A DNA stretch of 64,000 nt, from positions 62,001-126,000 of the forward strand of contig CBDVDH010000001.1 in assembly GCA_965372715.1 (NCBI GenBank). Reading direction: 5' to 3'. Shown one piece after another: positions 19,159 through 28,901 of this stretch. Source of the DNA: an uncultured bacterium (GTDB lineage Bacteria; B130-G9). The notes under the pieces were generated by a model that saw only the letters and a list, made by a program, of their open reading frames with translations, had not been told where the DNA came from and did not search any database. Every line of letters begins with the position of its first letter. Within the stretch, counting starts at the first letter, position 1. Made by a program: the position numbers and the translations under genes.

Positions 19159-20382
19159 TTGACTGTAGCTCCTAAATCGCCAAGCAAACCTCCTTTCATC
19201 ATTCAGCCTCTTAGGCGTAATGAGCTCGCTAAGGAAATGGCCGCAATAGGCGTTTCCGAGACCGGCGTTCGTATTATGGGTCCAAAGGCGAATACCTTTG
19301 CAATCAAGGTCCCGGACCTCAAGGCGCCGCAAGCGTCGATTCTGAAGCAGCAGATGCTGTCTTTGGGGGGCGATGCGGCTCAATCCAAGGATGTGCTTAC
19401 CGATTCGACTGTTAGAACTGACGTTCTGTTGCTGGGCAGCGAGGCGCATTTTCGGCGGCTGGTTGCGGCGCTTGGGCGGCAGCAGTTCAGATTGTCATCT
19501 CTCGCGTCGCAGATCGAGGACCTGCTCACCAATTGGTGTTTTGAACCGTCGCTCTTTGTCGCAAGAGAAAAGCGCCTAAATCTCGCTGGGCGAACCGCGA
19601 TTATGGGTATCCTGAACGTCACCCCGAATTCGTTTTCCGATGGCGGGAAATTCCTTGACCCCAAGTGCGCTGTTGACCGCGCGCTTCAGATGCAGGAGCG
19701 AGGCGCGGACATAATCGACATTGGCGCGGAGTCAACGAGGCCCGGCGCTGCCTCGGTAACAGTGGACGAGGAGCTCAATAGACTGCTGCCCGTCATACGA
19801 GCCGTTGCGGATGACCTGAGGGCGATTGTGTCCGTAGATACCTACAAGTCCGAAGTAGCCCAAGCTGCTCTAGACTCCGGCGCGGACATGATAAATGACG
19901 TCAGCGCGCTTCGATTTGACGAGAACATGGCTCAAGTCGTGGCCAAGTATCGCGCTGGGCTGGTCTTAATGCACATTCAAGGCACGCCGCGAAACATGCA
20001 GACAGCGCCTCATTACGACGATCTTCTTGGTGAGATATACTGCTCGCTTGCCCGGTCCTGCTCTGTCGCGCTCGACGCCGGTATCGGTCGGCAAAGCATT
20101 GCGGTTGACCCTGGCATCGGTTTCGGCAAAACTCTTGAACATAACCTGAGACTAATCAACTATCTCGACACTTTCAGGGGCCTTGGGATGCCGATCCTTC
20201 TGGGGACTTCCCGCAAATCGTTTATCGGCAAGATACTCGACAAATCGGTGGAACAAAGGCTGCACGGGACTGCCGCGTCGGTCGCGCTCGGTGTTGCGCG
20301 AGGCGCGAATATCGTCCGAGTTCACGACGTTTTGCAGATGCGTGAAGTGTGCGATGTGACAGACGCGATAGTAAGCTCATAA
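19159..20382 (+). CDS. folP: Dihydropteroate synthase with N-terminal extension
   Basis: MGILNVTPNSFSDGG, GAESTRPG, DPGIGFGK, SRKSFIG, RVHDV. Confidence 0.95.
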   Translation: MTVAPKSPSKPPFIIQPLRRNELAKEMAAIGVSETGVRIMGPKANTFAIKVPDLKAPQASILKQQMLSLGGDAAQSKDVLTDSTVRTDVLLLGSEAHFRRLVAALGRQQFRLSSLASQIEDLLTNWCFEPSLFVAREKRLNLAGRTAIMGILNVTPNSFSDGGKFLDPKCAVDRALQMQERGADIIDIGAESTRPGAASVTVDEELNRLLPVIRAVADDLRAIVSVDTYKSEVAQAALDSGADMINDVSALRFDENMAQVVAKYRAGLVLMHIQGTPRNMQTAPHYDDLLGEIYCSLARSCSVALDAGIGRQSIAVDPGIGFGKTLEHNLRLINYLDTFRGLGMPILLGTSRKSFIGKILDKSVEQRLHGTAASVALGVARGANIVRVHDVLQMREVCDVTDAIVSS

Positions 20383-20470
20383 GAAAGATGTTATGGTGAA
20401 GCAGTTTTTGGTGTTCTGAAGACGAGGTGGTTTGATGCAGCACGGGCGCTTGGGGTAGGACGACACGCCA

Positions 20471-21310
20471 ATGCAGGTTGATATCTTCACATTGCTGTCG
20501 GATTTCTTCAAGACGACTGGGTACCTGCGCCCCAGCTGGACCGACGCTCTTGACATCCTTGTCGTGGCGTTCGTCATCTATTTCCTGCTGAAGCTGATCA
20601 AGGGCACTTTCGCGGTCCAGATGATCGTTGGGCTTGTGTTCATGGTCGCTGCCTCGGTGATTGGCAGGTGGGCGGAGCTTCGTACAGTCAATATGATTCT
20701 GTCCAATTTCTGGAGCTTCGGCCTGCTGGTATTCTTGGTGATCTTCCAACCTGAAATAAGACGAACGCTCGCGCAGGTAGGAAGGTATGGCCTGATAAGG
20801 CATTGGAAAGTGCAGCAGACTGAGCTGGTCGAGGAGATCGTCAACGCGGCCTCAGCAATGTCCCAGAGGGAGACCGGCGCACTAATAGTGATAGAGAGAA
20901 GCACAGGGCTTCGGTCGCATATCGAGATGGGGGTCCCGATCGGGGCCGCCGTGACCTCGCCGCTTTTAAGAGCGATATTCCAGAAAACCTCGCCTCTGCA
21001 CGATGGGGCGGTGATAATAAGCGACGGCGCCATTGCCTGCGCTGTCAGCTTCCTGCCGTTGATCAGGTCCCGGGACCTCGATATGTCATACGGCTCGAGG
21101 CACAGGGCCGCTATGGGCGTTACAGAGGACACAGACGCCGTTGCGGTTCTGGTCTCGGAGGAGACTGGCGAGATACGCCTCGCCGTCAACGGCAAGCTGA
21201 CCAAAGAGATGGCGCCGGACCAGCTTCGGAACTCGCTCAGAAGTCTGATGCTGAACACCGTCGCCCGTGGTCGGCGGTCGCTAATAAGAAGGAACTCTCA
21301 AATAAGTTAG
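20471..21310 (+). CDS. cdaA: Diadenylate cyclase CdaA/DacA
   Basis: Three TM helices, FQPEIRR, PLHDGAV, GSRHRAA, VSEETG. Confidence 0.93.
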   Translation: MQVDIFTLLSDFFKTTGYLRPSWTDALDILVVAFVIYFLLKLIKGTFAVQMIVGLVFMVAASVIGRWAELRTVNMILSNFWSFGLLVFLVIFQPEIRRTLAQVGRYGLIRHWKVQQTELVEEIVNAASAMSQRETGALIVIERSTGLRSHIEMGVPIGAAVTSPLLRAIFQKTSPLHDGAVIISDGAIACAVSFLPLIRSRDLDMSYGSRHRAAMGVTEDTDAVAVLVSEETGEIRLAVNGKLTKEMAPDQLRNSLRSLMLNTVARGRRSLIRRNSQIS

Positions 21311-21329
21311 GGTACGTCGGAGTGAAACC

Positions 21330-22391
21330 ATGAGTTCGAGAAACGAGAGACTAGCCCCGGTCTTGAGCCTTGCCTTGGTTGCGTTCGCGGCCTTTGGTCA
21401 ACAGGGTTGCGAGGAGAAGGTAACGCCGGTCAGAGCATTCTCTGCGGAACCTGTCAACGTCGCCGCGACTCAGCTGAAGGCGAAGTGTGTCGAGATCCTT
21501 CGACAAGGGGTGCATTCGGACAATTTGAATACCAGATTGAAGGTAGCGCTAGCATTAACGTCGGCACGAGATTCCGCTGGGCTTGAGGATGCCCGTGCAA
21601 TCATGGCGGGCCGTAGCAGGGAGGCCGGACTCAAGGCGGGGCACTATTTCGCGAGAAATGGGTTGACACCGACCACGTCTGCACTAGTTGACGCCGAAGC
21701 GATAGTGAGAAAAGCAAGAGGCAGCCTCAGATACTTGGCCACAACCGTTCTGGGTCATTCTCCGAAGCAAGGAGTGGTGAGTCTGATAAGGTCGATGCTC
21801 GACGACGTCAACCATCCCGATCTTCAGGTGTGCGCAGCGTCCGCCCTGGCGAGAAGGGGCGACCGCCAGGGGATTGAATGGCTGCAAATGAACGTTTCGA
21901 CGTGGCTCAGATTTCACGGGTTCGACCCTTTTCTGTTCGGCAGAGTCGCTGACGAAAGAACAATGCTGAGGCTCATGGACGCCTTAAGGGTTGGGGTGGA
22001 CTACAACATCCGAAATGCTATGTTGGCCGCCGAGACGACGAGAGATGACAGAGCTCTCTCGTATCTGCCTATTCTGCTGGCAAGGAAGCACGGCGTGAGG
22101 AAGACCATGGCCGCGGCTGTTCTCGCTGAGCTGGGCGGAGGGGAGGGGAGCACTGTGCTCAAGAATGTCCTCGGACACCCGATGCCGGCCTTTCCTGAAG
22201 CCGCCTGGGCCGCGATGGGCCTCGGAAGCCTGGGCGATCCCTCCGGGATGTGGGCGCTCGTGAAGTTCCTTGAACGCGAAGGAGCGAACGCAAGGGGCAC
22301 CGACGCCGCAAGCCTGATCCTGCCGGCGCTCCAGTCCCCAGGATACGCGGTTTCGGCCTCGTTCCAGCTGTGGATCTCCGTGAATATATAG
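21330..22391 (+). CDS. HEAT-repeat putative lipoprotein
   Basis: Signal-like leader ending 'QQGC'; 'AA.AL..LGD..G' repeats. Confidence 0.65.
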   Translation: MSSRNERLAPVLSLALVAFAAFGQQGCEEKVTPVRAFSAEPVNVAATQLKAKCVEILRQGVHSDNLNTRLKVALALTSARDSAGLEDARAIMAGRSREAGLKAGHYFARNGLTPTTSALVDAEAIVRKARGSLRYLATTVLGHSPKQGVVSLIRSMLDDVNHPDLQVCAASALARRGDRQGIEWLQMNVSTWLRFHGFDPFLFGRVADERTMLRLMDALRVGVDYNIRNAMLAAETTRDDRALSYLPILLARKHGVRKTMAAAVLAELGGGEGSTVLKNVLGHPMPAFPEAAWAAMGLGSLGDPSGMWALVKFLEREGANARGTDAASLILPALQSPGYAVSASFQLWISVNI

Positions 22392-22453
22392 ACGGTTTGA
22401 ATCATTCGCTTGGCCAGGCGGGCGGTGCTTTCTTGGCCAAGAAGGGGACGACG

Positions 22454-24742
22454 ATGATGAACGGATTCCGAGTCTTAGTGGCAGCATTTGTGCTGCTTTG
22501 CAGCGTTCCGGCGTTCGCTGACGAGGCGAAGATCACCACCTGGCATTCGCAGAATGTAGTGTGGGATGTTGACTACGCTGCCGGAACGCTGGCGATTGGC
22601 ACGCGGACCGGTCTTCTCGTGCTGCGAGATGGCGCACTGAGGCATTTTACCCAAGGGGATGGGCTTCCTTATGATGAAGTCCTGTCCGTAACAGTACGTG
22701 ATGCCGACACGTTGTATATTGGGCCGTTTGGTCCTCTCGATGGCCCGCAAAGGCTCTATGAGGCGCGAATCAGGGAGGATGACATGAGCCTTATTGACAT
22801 CACGCCGGCTCCGCCTTTTCAGGGGATGGTCAACATTATCGACATTGCACCGGACGGAACGCTTTGGGTGGTTGATCAGCTCGGATTCAGAAGATTCGAT
22901 GGTGGTTCCTGGGAGCTTGTTGAGTTTGAGGAACCGACATCCTTCGTGATGGACGGATCGATTGCATTCGGCGCCGATGGCATCGTATGGGCAACCAACC
23001 AACGCCAAACCACGAATCTGGCTTTCTGTGATGGCTCCAACGTGAGCGGGGAAATGGCCGCGAGTGTAGTCGGCTCGGACCAAGACGGCACGGTTTTCTG
23101 CGCAACGTTTCAGGGACTTCATCAATTGGTGACGCCTGGTCAGTGGGATTTGCTGTCGGATGACGAGATATGGACAGTGCTGTGGTGGGAGAAGTTCGTC
23201 TTCGATGCGAATGGAGAGCTTTGGGCCATAGGGCCCACTTCTCTGGCTCATTTCAATGGCAGCAGCACCCAAGTGTTCGACGAGATCGATGACGTCTGGT
23301 TAGGCGCCCGGACCACCCGTTATATCCCCTTCCACCGTTTCCTCTCGTCTGGCGTGTTCATCTGTCCGGACACTATGATGCTAGGGACATTCGGTTACGG
23401 TCTAATGCAGCTCAAGCAGGGCAGACTTACTTTGACAAATATCGAGGATTCTCTTTCTGGAGACTGGGTCATCGATCTGCTTGAGGACGAAACGGGTGGT
23501 GTCTGGGCGAGAAACACACATACGTCGATTCTGGGCGTCTTCGACAACGAGAGATGGCGACAAATCGATGCGCCCTGGCTACCAATGTTCGAAAGGAGAT
23601 TGCGCGGTCATGCAATGGGAACCGGCCTGGATGGATCGGTATGGGCGCCAACCAAATCAGGCGTAGTGCAATTTACGAACGACGAAACGCATTTCCACGA
23701 CCAATCCAGCTCGATGATGGATGGACCTGCTCAGGCCAGCGCGATTGACGCCAATGGTGTAGCGTGGTTCACGGTATCGACAACGGAGGCAGGCGCCGCG
23801 GTTTCATTTGACGGCGAAACATGGCGCAGGTTTTCCTCGACTGACTATTTTAAGTCCGACATACCGATCGAAGTGAAGATCGGTCCGAACGACACAAAGT
23901 GGTTCAGCAGAGCCGAGGATGGCTACACGGTGAATGGGTACACAGTGTTCGATGGTCGGGAATGGACGCACCTCGACGCTGGGGCAGAGCTCCCTGACGC
24001 AGGCGCTGTTTACTTTGACTTTAGCGGGAATGCCTACATATCCGGCGCAAGGCTGTACAAGGGCTCTGTGGGGGGCAATTGGGACAGCATTTATGAGAAA
24101 GAGACGCGAGACCTGGTCTGTGATACTGATGGGATTCTCTGGTGCGCATCTGAAGAAGGCATCCTCAAGTATGACAATGGCGAATGGAGTATTGAGCCGT
24201 GGAGCGCTGCGGTATGTGAAGCTAGGGACTACCTATATCCCCCCTCCTACGCAAATGGGTCTTGTTATCGGCTCCTTATCGATTACAATGGTGCTAAATG
24301 GGCAGGGACCGATGACGGTCTGAGTCGGATTGAGGACGGCGGGGCGGCGCAACAGAGGATCGAACTGAGTTCTCGTGAGGAGGGCGATGATGTTGTCCTC
24401 TCCGCGATCTTCGTCAACGCAGGTAACCCGATCGCGCTGGACGCTTTCTTAGCCGTGGAGATTGACGGTCATCTATTCTATTACCCTGGCTGGTCGGCCC
24501 AACCGACGCCGATCCGTGTTGTCCTTCCGGCATACTCGACCAACACCTACGACCCATTGCGCCTCGACCGCGCCTCCCTCGGTGACGCATCCTACACGTT
24601 CTATGCCTGCCTCAGCTTGATCGGGAACAGTTCCCTAATGGTCGGCGCCCGCGATAGGAAGATCGCCTGTGCGACGATGCCGAGTGGGGAGGGGAGGGGA
24701 GGGGTCACAAGAGGCCTTTCTCTGTGGCCAGTGAGGCGATAG
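22454..24742 (+). CDS. Secreted beta-propeller protein (two-component regulator propeller-like repeats) with C-terminal accessory domain
   Basis: Signal peptide, 'I....DG.LW' and 'FDG..W' repeats, 'HFT..DGLP'. Confidence 0.8.
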   Translation: MMNGFRVLVAAFVLLCSVPAFADEAKITTWHSQNVVWDVDYAAGTLAIGTRTGLLVLRDGALRHFTQGDGLPYDEVLSVTVRDADTLYIGPFGPLDGPQRLYEARIREDDMSLIDITPAPPFQGMVNIIDIAPDGTLWVVDQLGFRRFDGGSWELVEFEEPTSFVMDGSIAFGADGIVWATNQRQTTNLAFCDGSNVSGEMAASVVGSDQDGTVFCATFQGLHQLVTPGQWDLLSDDEIWTVLWWEKFVFDANGELWAIGPTSLAHFNGSSTQVFDEIDDVWLGARTTRYIPFHRFLSSGVFICPDTMMLGTFGYGLMQLKQGRLTLTNIEDSLSGDWVIDLLEDETGGVWARNTHTSILGVFDNERWRQIDAPWLPMFERRLRGHAMGTGLDGSVWAPTKSGVVQFTNDETHFHDQSSSMMDGPAQASAIDANGVAWFTVSTTEAGAAVSFDGETWRRFSSTDYFKSDIPIEVKIGPNDTKWFSRAEDGYTVNGYTVFDGREWTHLDAGAELPDAGAVYFDFSGNAYISGARLYKGSVGGNWDSIYEKETRDLVCDTDGILWCASEEGILKYDNGEWSIEPWSAAVCEARDYLYPPSYANGSCYRLLIDYNGAKWAGTDDGLSRIEDGGAAQQRIELSSREEGDDVVLSAIFVNAGNPIALDAFLAVEIDGHLFYYPGWSAQPTPIRVVLPAYSTNTYDPLRLDRASLGDASYTFYACLSLIGNSSLMVGARDRKIACATMPSGEGRGGVTRGLSLWPVRR

Positions 24743-24759
24743 GAGCGGAGGCTCTGCGC

Positions 24760-25833
24760 TTACTCGGCCTTGATGAGTTCGGCGGGGTCTTCCATCAAGT
24801 CGAATGCGGTCCCGAAATCGATCTCGCCCCTCTTGAAGAGCTGGATGAGGGCCTGGTCCTTCGTCTGCATCCCAGCGTTGCCGGCGTCCATAAGAGGATA
24901 GAGCATCGGGGTGTCGTTCCTGATCATCTGCTGCACGTCAGGGGTCGCAACGAGCAGTTCCATGGCTAGGGCCCGCCCGTGCCCGTCTTTTTTTAGCACA
25001 AGATACTGGCAGGTTGCGCCGACCAGATTCCGCGCGAGGGTATTCCGGGCCGTAGTCCTGCGGTCCTCAGGCACAAGATCGAGCAAAATGTCTATGCACG
25101 ACTGGCAGCTAGAGGCCTGGGCGCATCCGATTACCAGTATGCCGCTCTCTGCGAGCTGGAGGCTGCCCAAAAGCGACTCGTAGCAGTTGAGGTCAGAAAT
25201 GCCGACAACATCGGCATTGTGCTCGTGCGCCGCGGCGAGCGCGTGCCGGACAGACGGGACGTCCGATGCTATCTCGACCTGCGTCACCATGCTCTGCTTG
25301 TGTTGGAACAGAAACGATATCGGGTCCTCAATCGTCCTTATGTGCAAGCTCTGGCGTTCGTTGAGGAAATCGATGGCTGATGCCCAGACCGTCGATCTGC
25401 CTGAACCGGCAGGCCCCGTTATCAGAAGCAGACCAGACTTCCTATCGAGCAACTCGAAGAAAGTCGATGGCAGGTCCAGTTGCTGCGCGGGGACAATGTC
25501 CTTGATTATCTCCTTGAACGCGCCGCACACGCTGCCCTTCTGGTAGTAGAGGCTGGACCGGAACCTCGCCAGCCCTTTGACCCCGAAACTGATGTTGATT
25601 GACTTCTGCGTCTGAAGACGTTTCTTCTGATCTTCGTTCAGCAGTCCGAGGCACAGATTCTCGGTCTCTTCAGGGGTGAGAGCTTTCTTTGAGACCGGCT
25701 CGATCTTGCCGTCCTTTCGGAGTCTTGGTGGGGACCCCGGAACCAGATGCAGATCGGAAGCGGCACGCTTGAGCATGACCTTTAATAGGCCATCAAGCGA
25801 GACCGACTTCTCTTTTCTTGTCTTGGCAGACAC
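24760..25833 (-). CDS. PilT/PilU-like protein with degenerate ATPase motifs
   Basis: ASDLHL..G.PP, RFR, TIEDPI and GMQT.DQ retained; Walker A reads GPAGSGRST. Confidence 0.85.
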   Translation of the reverse strand: MSAKTRKEKSVSLDGLLKVMLKRAASDLHLVPGSPPRLRKDGKIEPVSKKALTPEETENLCLGLLNEDQKKRLQTQKSINISFGVKGLARFRSSLYYQKGSVCGAFKEIIKDIVPAQQLDLPSTFFELLDRKSGLLLITGPAGSGRSTVWASAIDFLNERQSLHIRTIEDPISFLFQHKQSMVTQVEIASDVPSVRHALAAAHEHNADVVGISDLNCYESLLGSLQLAESGILVIGCAQASSCQSCIDILLDLVPEDRRTTARNTLARNLVGATCQYLVLKKDGHGRALAMELLVATPDVQQMIRNDTPMLYPLMDAGNAGMQTKDQALIQLFKRGEIDFGTAFDLMEDPAELIKAE

Positions 25834-26003
25834 TTACGACTCCCTCAACTGAAAAGCAAAATCGACTTTCTAACAACCCATAATCCCTCGTTGTTTTCAG
25901 GATTGCAAGCAAAAACTTGAGGAGTTTCCATCGAACGGAAAGGAGAGAAAAGGAAAAAAGGAAAGGGGCGAATGCCGCTTATGAAGAGGGAACTACGAAC
26001 GGT

Positions 26004-26564
26004 TCAGGATTGTCGGCTGTATTGCCTCTTTCCGGACACGTATGCGTCGCCGCCGTAGATGTCGTTGACCACGATGACGGGGAGATCCTCGACCACGAGG
26101 CGCCTTATCGCCTCGGGGCCGAACTCCTCGCCGAAGATCACAGTTGCTGAGACGATCCGGCTGGCGAGATATGCGCCCAAGCCGCCGGGCGCGGCGAAAT
26201 AGACTGCTCGGTGTTTCACGATCGCATCTTGGACCTCGGCGGAACGCTGGCCTTTTCCGATCATCCCTTTCAGCCCTTTTTCTAGCAAAGCCGGAGTGAA
26301 GGGGTCCATCCTCGAGCTCGTGGTTGGGCCCGCGGCGCCAATTACCCGCCCTGGCCGTGCCGGCGTCGGACCAACGTAATAGATGACAGCGCCCGAAAGG
26401 TCGAACGGAAGTTCTTCTCCCGCTTGAATCATGTCAAACAACAGCTTATGGGCCTGGTCCCGAGCCCCGATCAACTCTCCGGAGATGAGGCACTCGTCGC
26501 CAGCTCTCAAGCCAGCGATAACCTCTTCTACAAGTGGTGTAGCGATTCTCTTCGGTTCGCTCAT
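26004..26564 (-). CDS. Fe-S hydro-lyase (fumarate/tartrate hydratase) beta subunit
   Basis: ARDQAH, YYVGP, AGPTTSSRMD, MIGKG, GPEAI. Confidence 0.92.
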   Translation of the reverse strand: MSEPKRIATPLVEEVIAGLRAGDECLISGELIGARDQAHKLLFDMIQAGEELPFDLSGAVIYYVGPTPARPGRVIGAAGPTTSSRMDPFTPALLEKGLKGMIGKGQRSAEVQDAIVKHRAVYFAAPGGLGAYLASRIVSATVIFGEEFGPEAIRRLVVEDLPVIVVNDIYGGDAYVSGKRQYSRQS

Positions 26565-26575
26565 TAGCCCTCCCA

Positions 26576-27418
26576 TCAAAGCACGATCTCGGCGCGCCTC
26601 GCCGCGTGGCACTGAAGATTGACGGCGACCGGGAGTGAGGCGATGTGGCACGGGGCGGCCTTGATGTGAACCGCGAACGCGGTCACGGTTCCGCCGAAAC
26701 CGAGCGGGCCGATGCCCAGGCTGTTGATGTCCTTGAGCAGTTGACGCTCCAGTTTGTCATAGAAGGGCTCTGGATGTTTGGAGCCGATGTCCCTGAATAG
26801 GGCCAGCTTCGCCAGTTCGGCGCACTTGTCGAACGTGCCGCCGATGCCGACCCCAACGATAATCGGCGGACAGGGCTTTGCGCCGGCTTTCTCAACGCAT
26901 TCAATGACGGTCTTCTTGACGCCCTCAAGGCCATCCGAAGGCGACAACATTTCAACTGAGCTCATATTCTCGCTCCCGGAGCCCTTTGGCATGAACAGGA
27001 TGCGTATCTTGTCGCCCTCGACGAGCCTCGTGTGGATAGAAGGCGGTGTGTTGTCGCCCGTGTTCTCTCGGCGCATGGGATCGCTCACAATGGAGTTTCT
27101 CAAGTAATGCTCGGCGTATCCCTTTCGGGTGCCCTCGGTCAGGGCCTGCTCGAGCGTCATGCCCTCAATGCGGACATCAGAGCCTAGCTCAACGAAGAAC
27201 GTCGCGACGCCGCAGTCCTGGCAGATCGGATACGAGCCTTCGGACGCGATTGACGCGTTTTGCAGTATTGATTTCAGGATGGTCCTGCCGAGCGGCGACT
27301 GCTCCCTTCTGGAGGCCCGCTCAAGCGCCTGGACCACATCGTCCGGCAGCTCGTAGTTGGCCTTGCGACAGAGCTCGGCCGTCGCGTGTATTACATCAAT
27401 TGCGGGGATATCCCTCAT
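26576..27418 (-). CDS. Fe-S hydro-lyase (fumarate/tartrate hydratase) alpha subunit
   Basis: PICQDCG, NTGDNTP, KGSGSEN, PCPP, GGTFD, CHIASLPVAVNLQCHA. Confidence 0.92.
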   Translation of the reverse strand: MRDIPAIDVIHATAELCRKANYELPDDVVQALERASRREQSPLGRTILKSILQNASIASEGSYPICQDCGVATFFVELGSDVRIEGMTLEQALTEGTRKGYAEHYLRNSIVSDPMRRENTGDNTPPSIHTRLVEGDKIRILFMPKGSGSENMSSVEMLSPSDGLEGVKKTVIECVEKAGAKPCPPIIVGVGIGGTFDKCAELAKLALFRDIGSKHPEPFYDKLERQLLKDINSLGIGPLGFGGTVTAFAVHIKAAPCHIASLPVAVNLQCHAARRAEIVL

Positions 27419-27557
27419 CTGTCCTCAGACGGTCGTCGCTTTCCCAATTGGCTGGCGCGACCTCGGCCGGCAATCTCGCCAGGCAGAGCTCAACGGTCAC
27501 AAGATCGCTCTCAGCTTTGCCGAGCCAGCCGCGCACCAGGTCATGCAGGTCTTTCAT
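27396..27557 (-). pseudogene. Internally deleted HEPN-domain gene
   Basis: Translates as MKDLHDLVRGWLGKAESDLVTVELCL-ARLPAEVAP...; HEPN N-terminus (W..KAE.DL) overlaps the MNT stop, core missing. Confidence 0.7.
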
Positions 27558-27891
27558 ACAATACCTTCCCCTCTCGGACAGCTGTTGTTACAAATGCCTG
27601 CCTAACCTCACTCCAATCGTACACTTCTTCAGGGGTATAGACCATGATGTCCATCGGGACCATTATGTTCCGAAGCGCGTAATAGATGCGCCCTGAACGG
27701 TCCCAACGCGGCACGTCGGAGTCCTTGATCACCAGAATGTCCAGGTCGCTCCGGCTGCCTGCTTCATCTCTCGCGTGGCTGCCGAACAGGATTATCTTGT
27801 CCGGGTCGGCAACCTCGACGATGCGTCTGACGACCTCGGCGATCAGCTCTTCGTCAATTCTCTGTGGCGGCGCATAGATTTGGTCAATCAC
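27541..27891 (-). CDS. Minimal nucleotidyltransferase (MNT antitoxin)
   Basis: LFGSHAR...SDLDILVI (GS-x10-DxD), EGKVLYE. Confidence 0.9.
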   Translation of the reverse strand: MIDQIYAPPQRIDEELIAEVVRRIVEVADPDKIILFGSHARDEAGSRSDLDILVIKDSDVPRWDRSGRIYYALRNIMVPMDIMVYTPEEVYDWSEVRQAFVTTAVREGKVLYERPA

Positions 27892-28003
27892 AATGATGTC
27901 CTATATTCCGCATTATCGGCGATGCAGCAATGTCATTGCAAGCAATTGCATGTTGCACGGCGCGAAGCGATGGGTTGTTTCCGGATACCCGAAGCCTCGC
28001 AAC

Positions 28004-28675
28004 CTAGTGCACCTTTTCGTCGGCGTCGCTCATCTCGTCGATGAGGCGCTGCGTTTTCACAAGTTCCTTGTCGGCGCCGGCCGATTTGAGCATCTCGGCG
28101 GCCGAGAAGAGGACCGACAGGGCTTGATGGCGTGAGCCGTGCTGACGCAAAACAACGGCGATGCAACGCATGTCAATCGCCTCCTGCCGCTTTGCGCCAA
28201 TCTCTCTGTGCATGAGCATCGCCTCCGTGAGCATATATAGTGCACGAGACCAATCGCCCTGCGATTCATAAATGCGACCGATGTTCAACATGACGTTGGC
28301 CTGTCCGCTACGGTCTCCAATCGTCTCGTAAATACTGAGCGAGGAGTTGAAATACTCAAGCGGCCTGCCGAGCTGACCACGCTCGTAAAGCATCGTTCCG
28401 AGGCGACTGAGCTGCTTCGCCTCGCCCTTTAGGTCACTTTGCGCCCTGAACTTACTGAGAGAAGACTTCGTTGACACGATTGCCTGCATCCGCTGACCCG
28501 TCTCCCAAAGAACCATGCCAATTTCGCCTAGAGCGTGCGCCTCCCCCAGTTCGTCCCCGGACACTTTGGCCTCGGAGAGCCTCTCGCGCAAGCTCCTAAG
28601 CGAGTCAAGCAGCTTTTCCGCCTCGCCGTTTGCAGAAGTCTCGGGAACATTGCCTTCCACGTTGTCCTCGCTCAT
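28004..28675 (-). CDS. Tetratricopeptide repeat protein
   Basis: ~40-aa 'GD..GEA..L..IG..Y...G....AL' repeats. Confidence 0.82.
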   Translation of the reverse strand: MSEDNVEGNVPETSANGEAEKLLDSLRSLRERLSEAKVSGDELGEAHALGEIGMVLWETGQRMQAIVSTKSSLSKFRAQSDLKGEAKQLSRLGTMLYERGQLGRPLEYFNSSLSIYETIGDRSGQANVMLNIGRIYESQGDWSRALYMLTEAMLMHREIGAKRQEAIDMRCIAVVLRQHGSRHQALSVLFSAAEMLKSAGADKELVKTQRLIDEMSDADEKVH

Positions 28676-28811
28676 CAGAGAACTCCTACAGACCCTCAAT
28701 ACGAAGCAGAGTCGGTTTGTGTTTCAACGCCGATAGATATAATAGCAAAACACACGCAAGATTGCCGTTTGTGCGGATTGGTTTCGAACTGCTGTCCCGA
28801 CTTCAAATCTG

Positions 28812-28840
28812 TTGACGTTCTTGTCAGTTAACCCTATATT
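28812..28840 (+). promoter_or_regulatory. Putative sigma70 promoter
   Basis: TTGACG-17 bp-TATATT upstream of an AAGGAGG RBS. Confidence 0.55.
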
Positions 28841-28901
28841 CTAGTTTAGTCAGTTATAGAGGCGTAGAAGTCAACATAATCCTGAGAAGGAGGAGCTTGT
28901 C

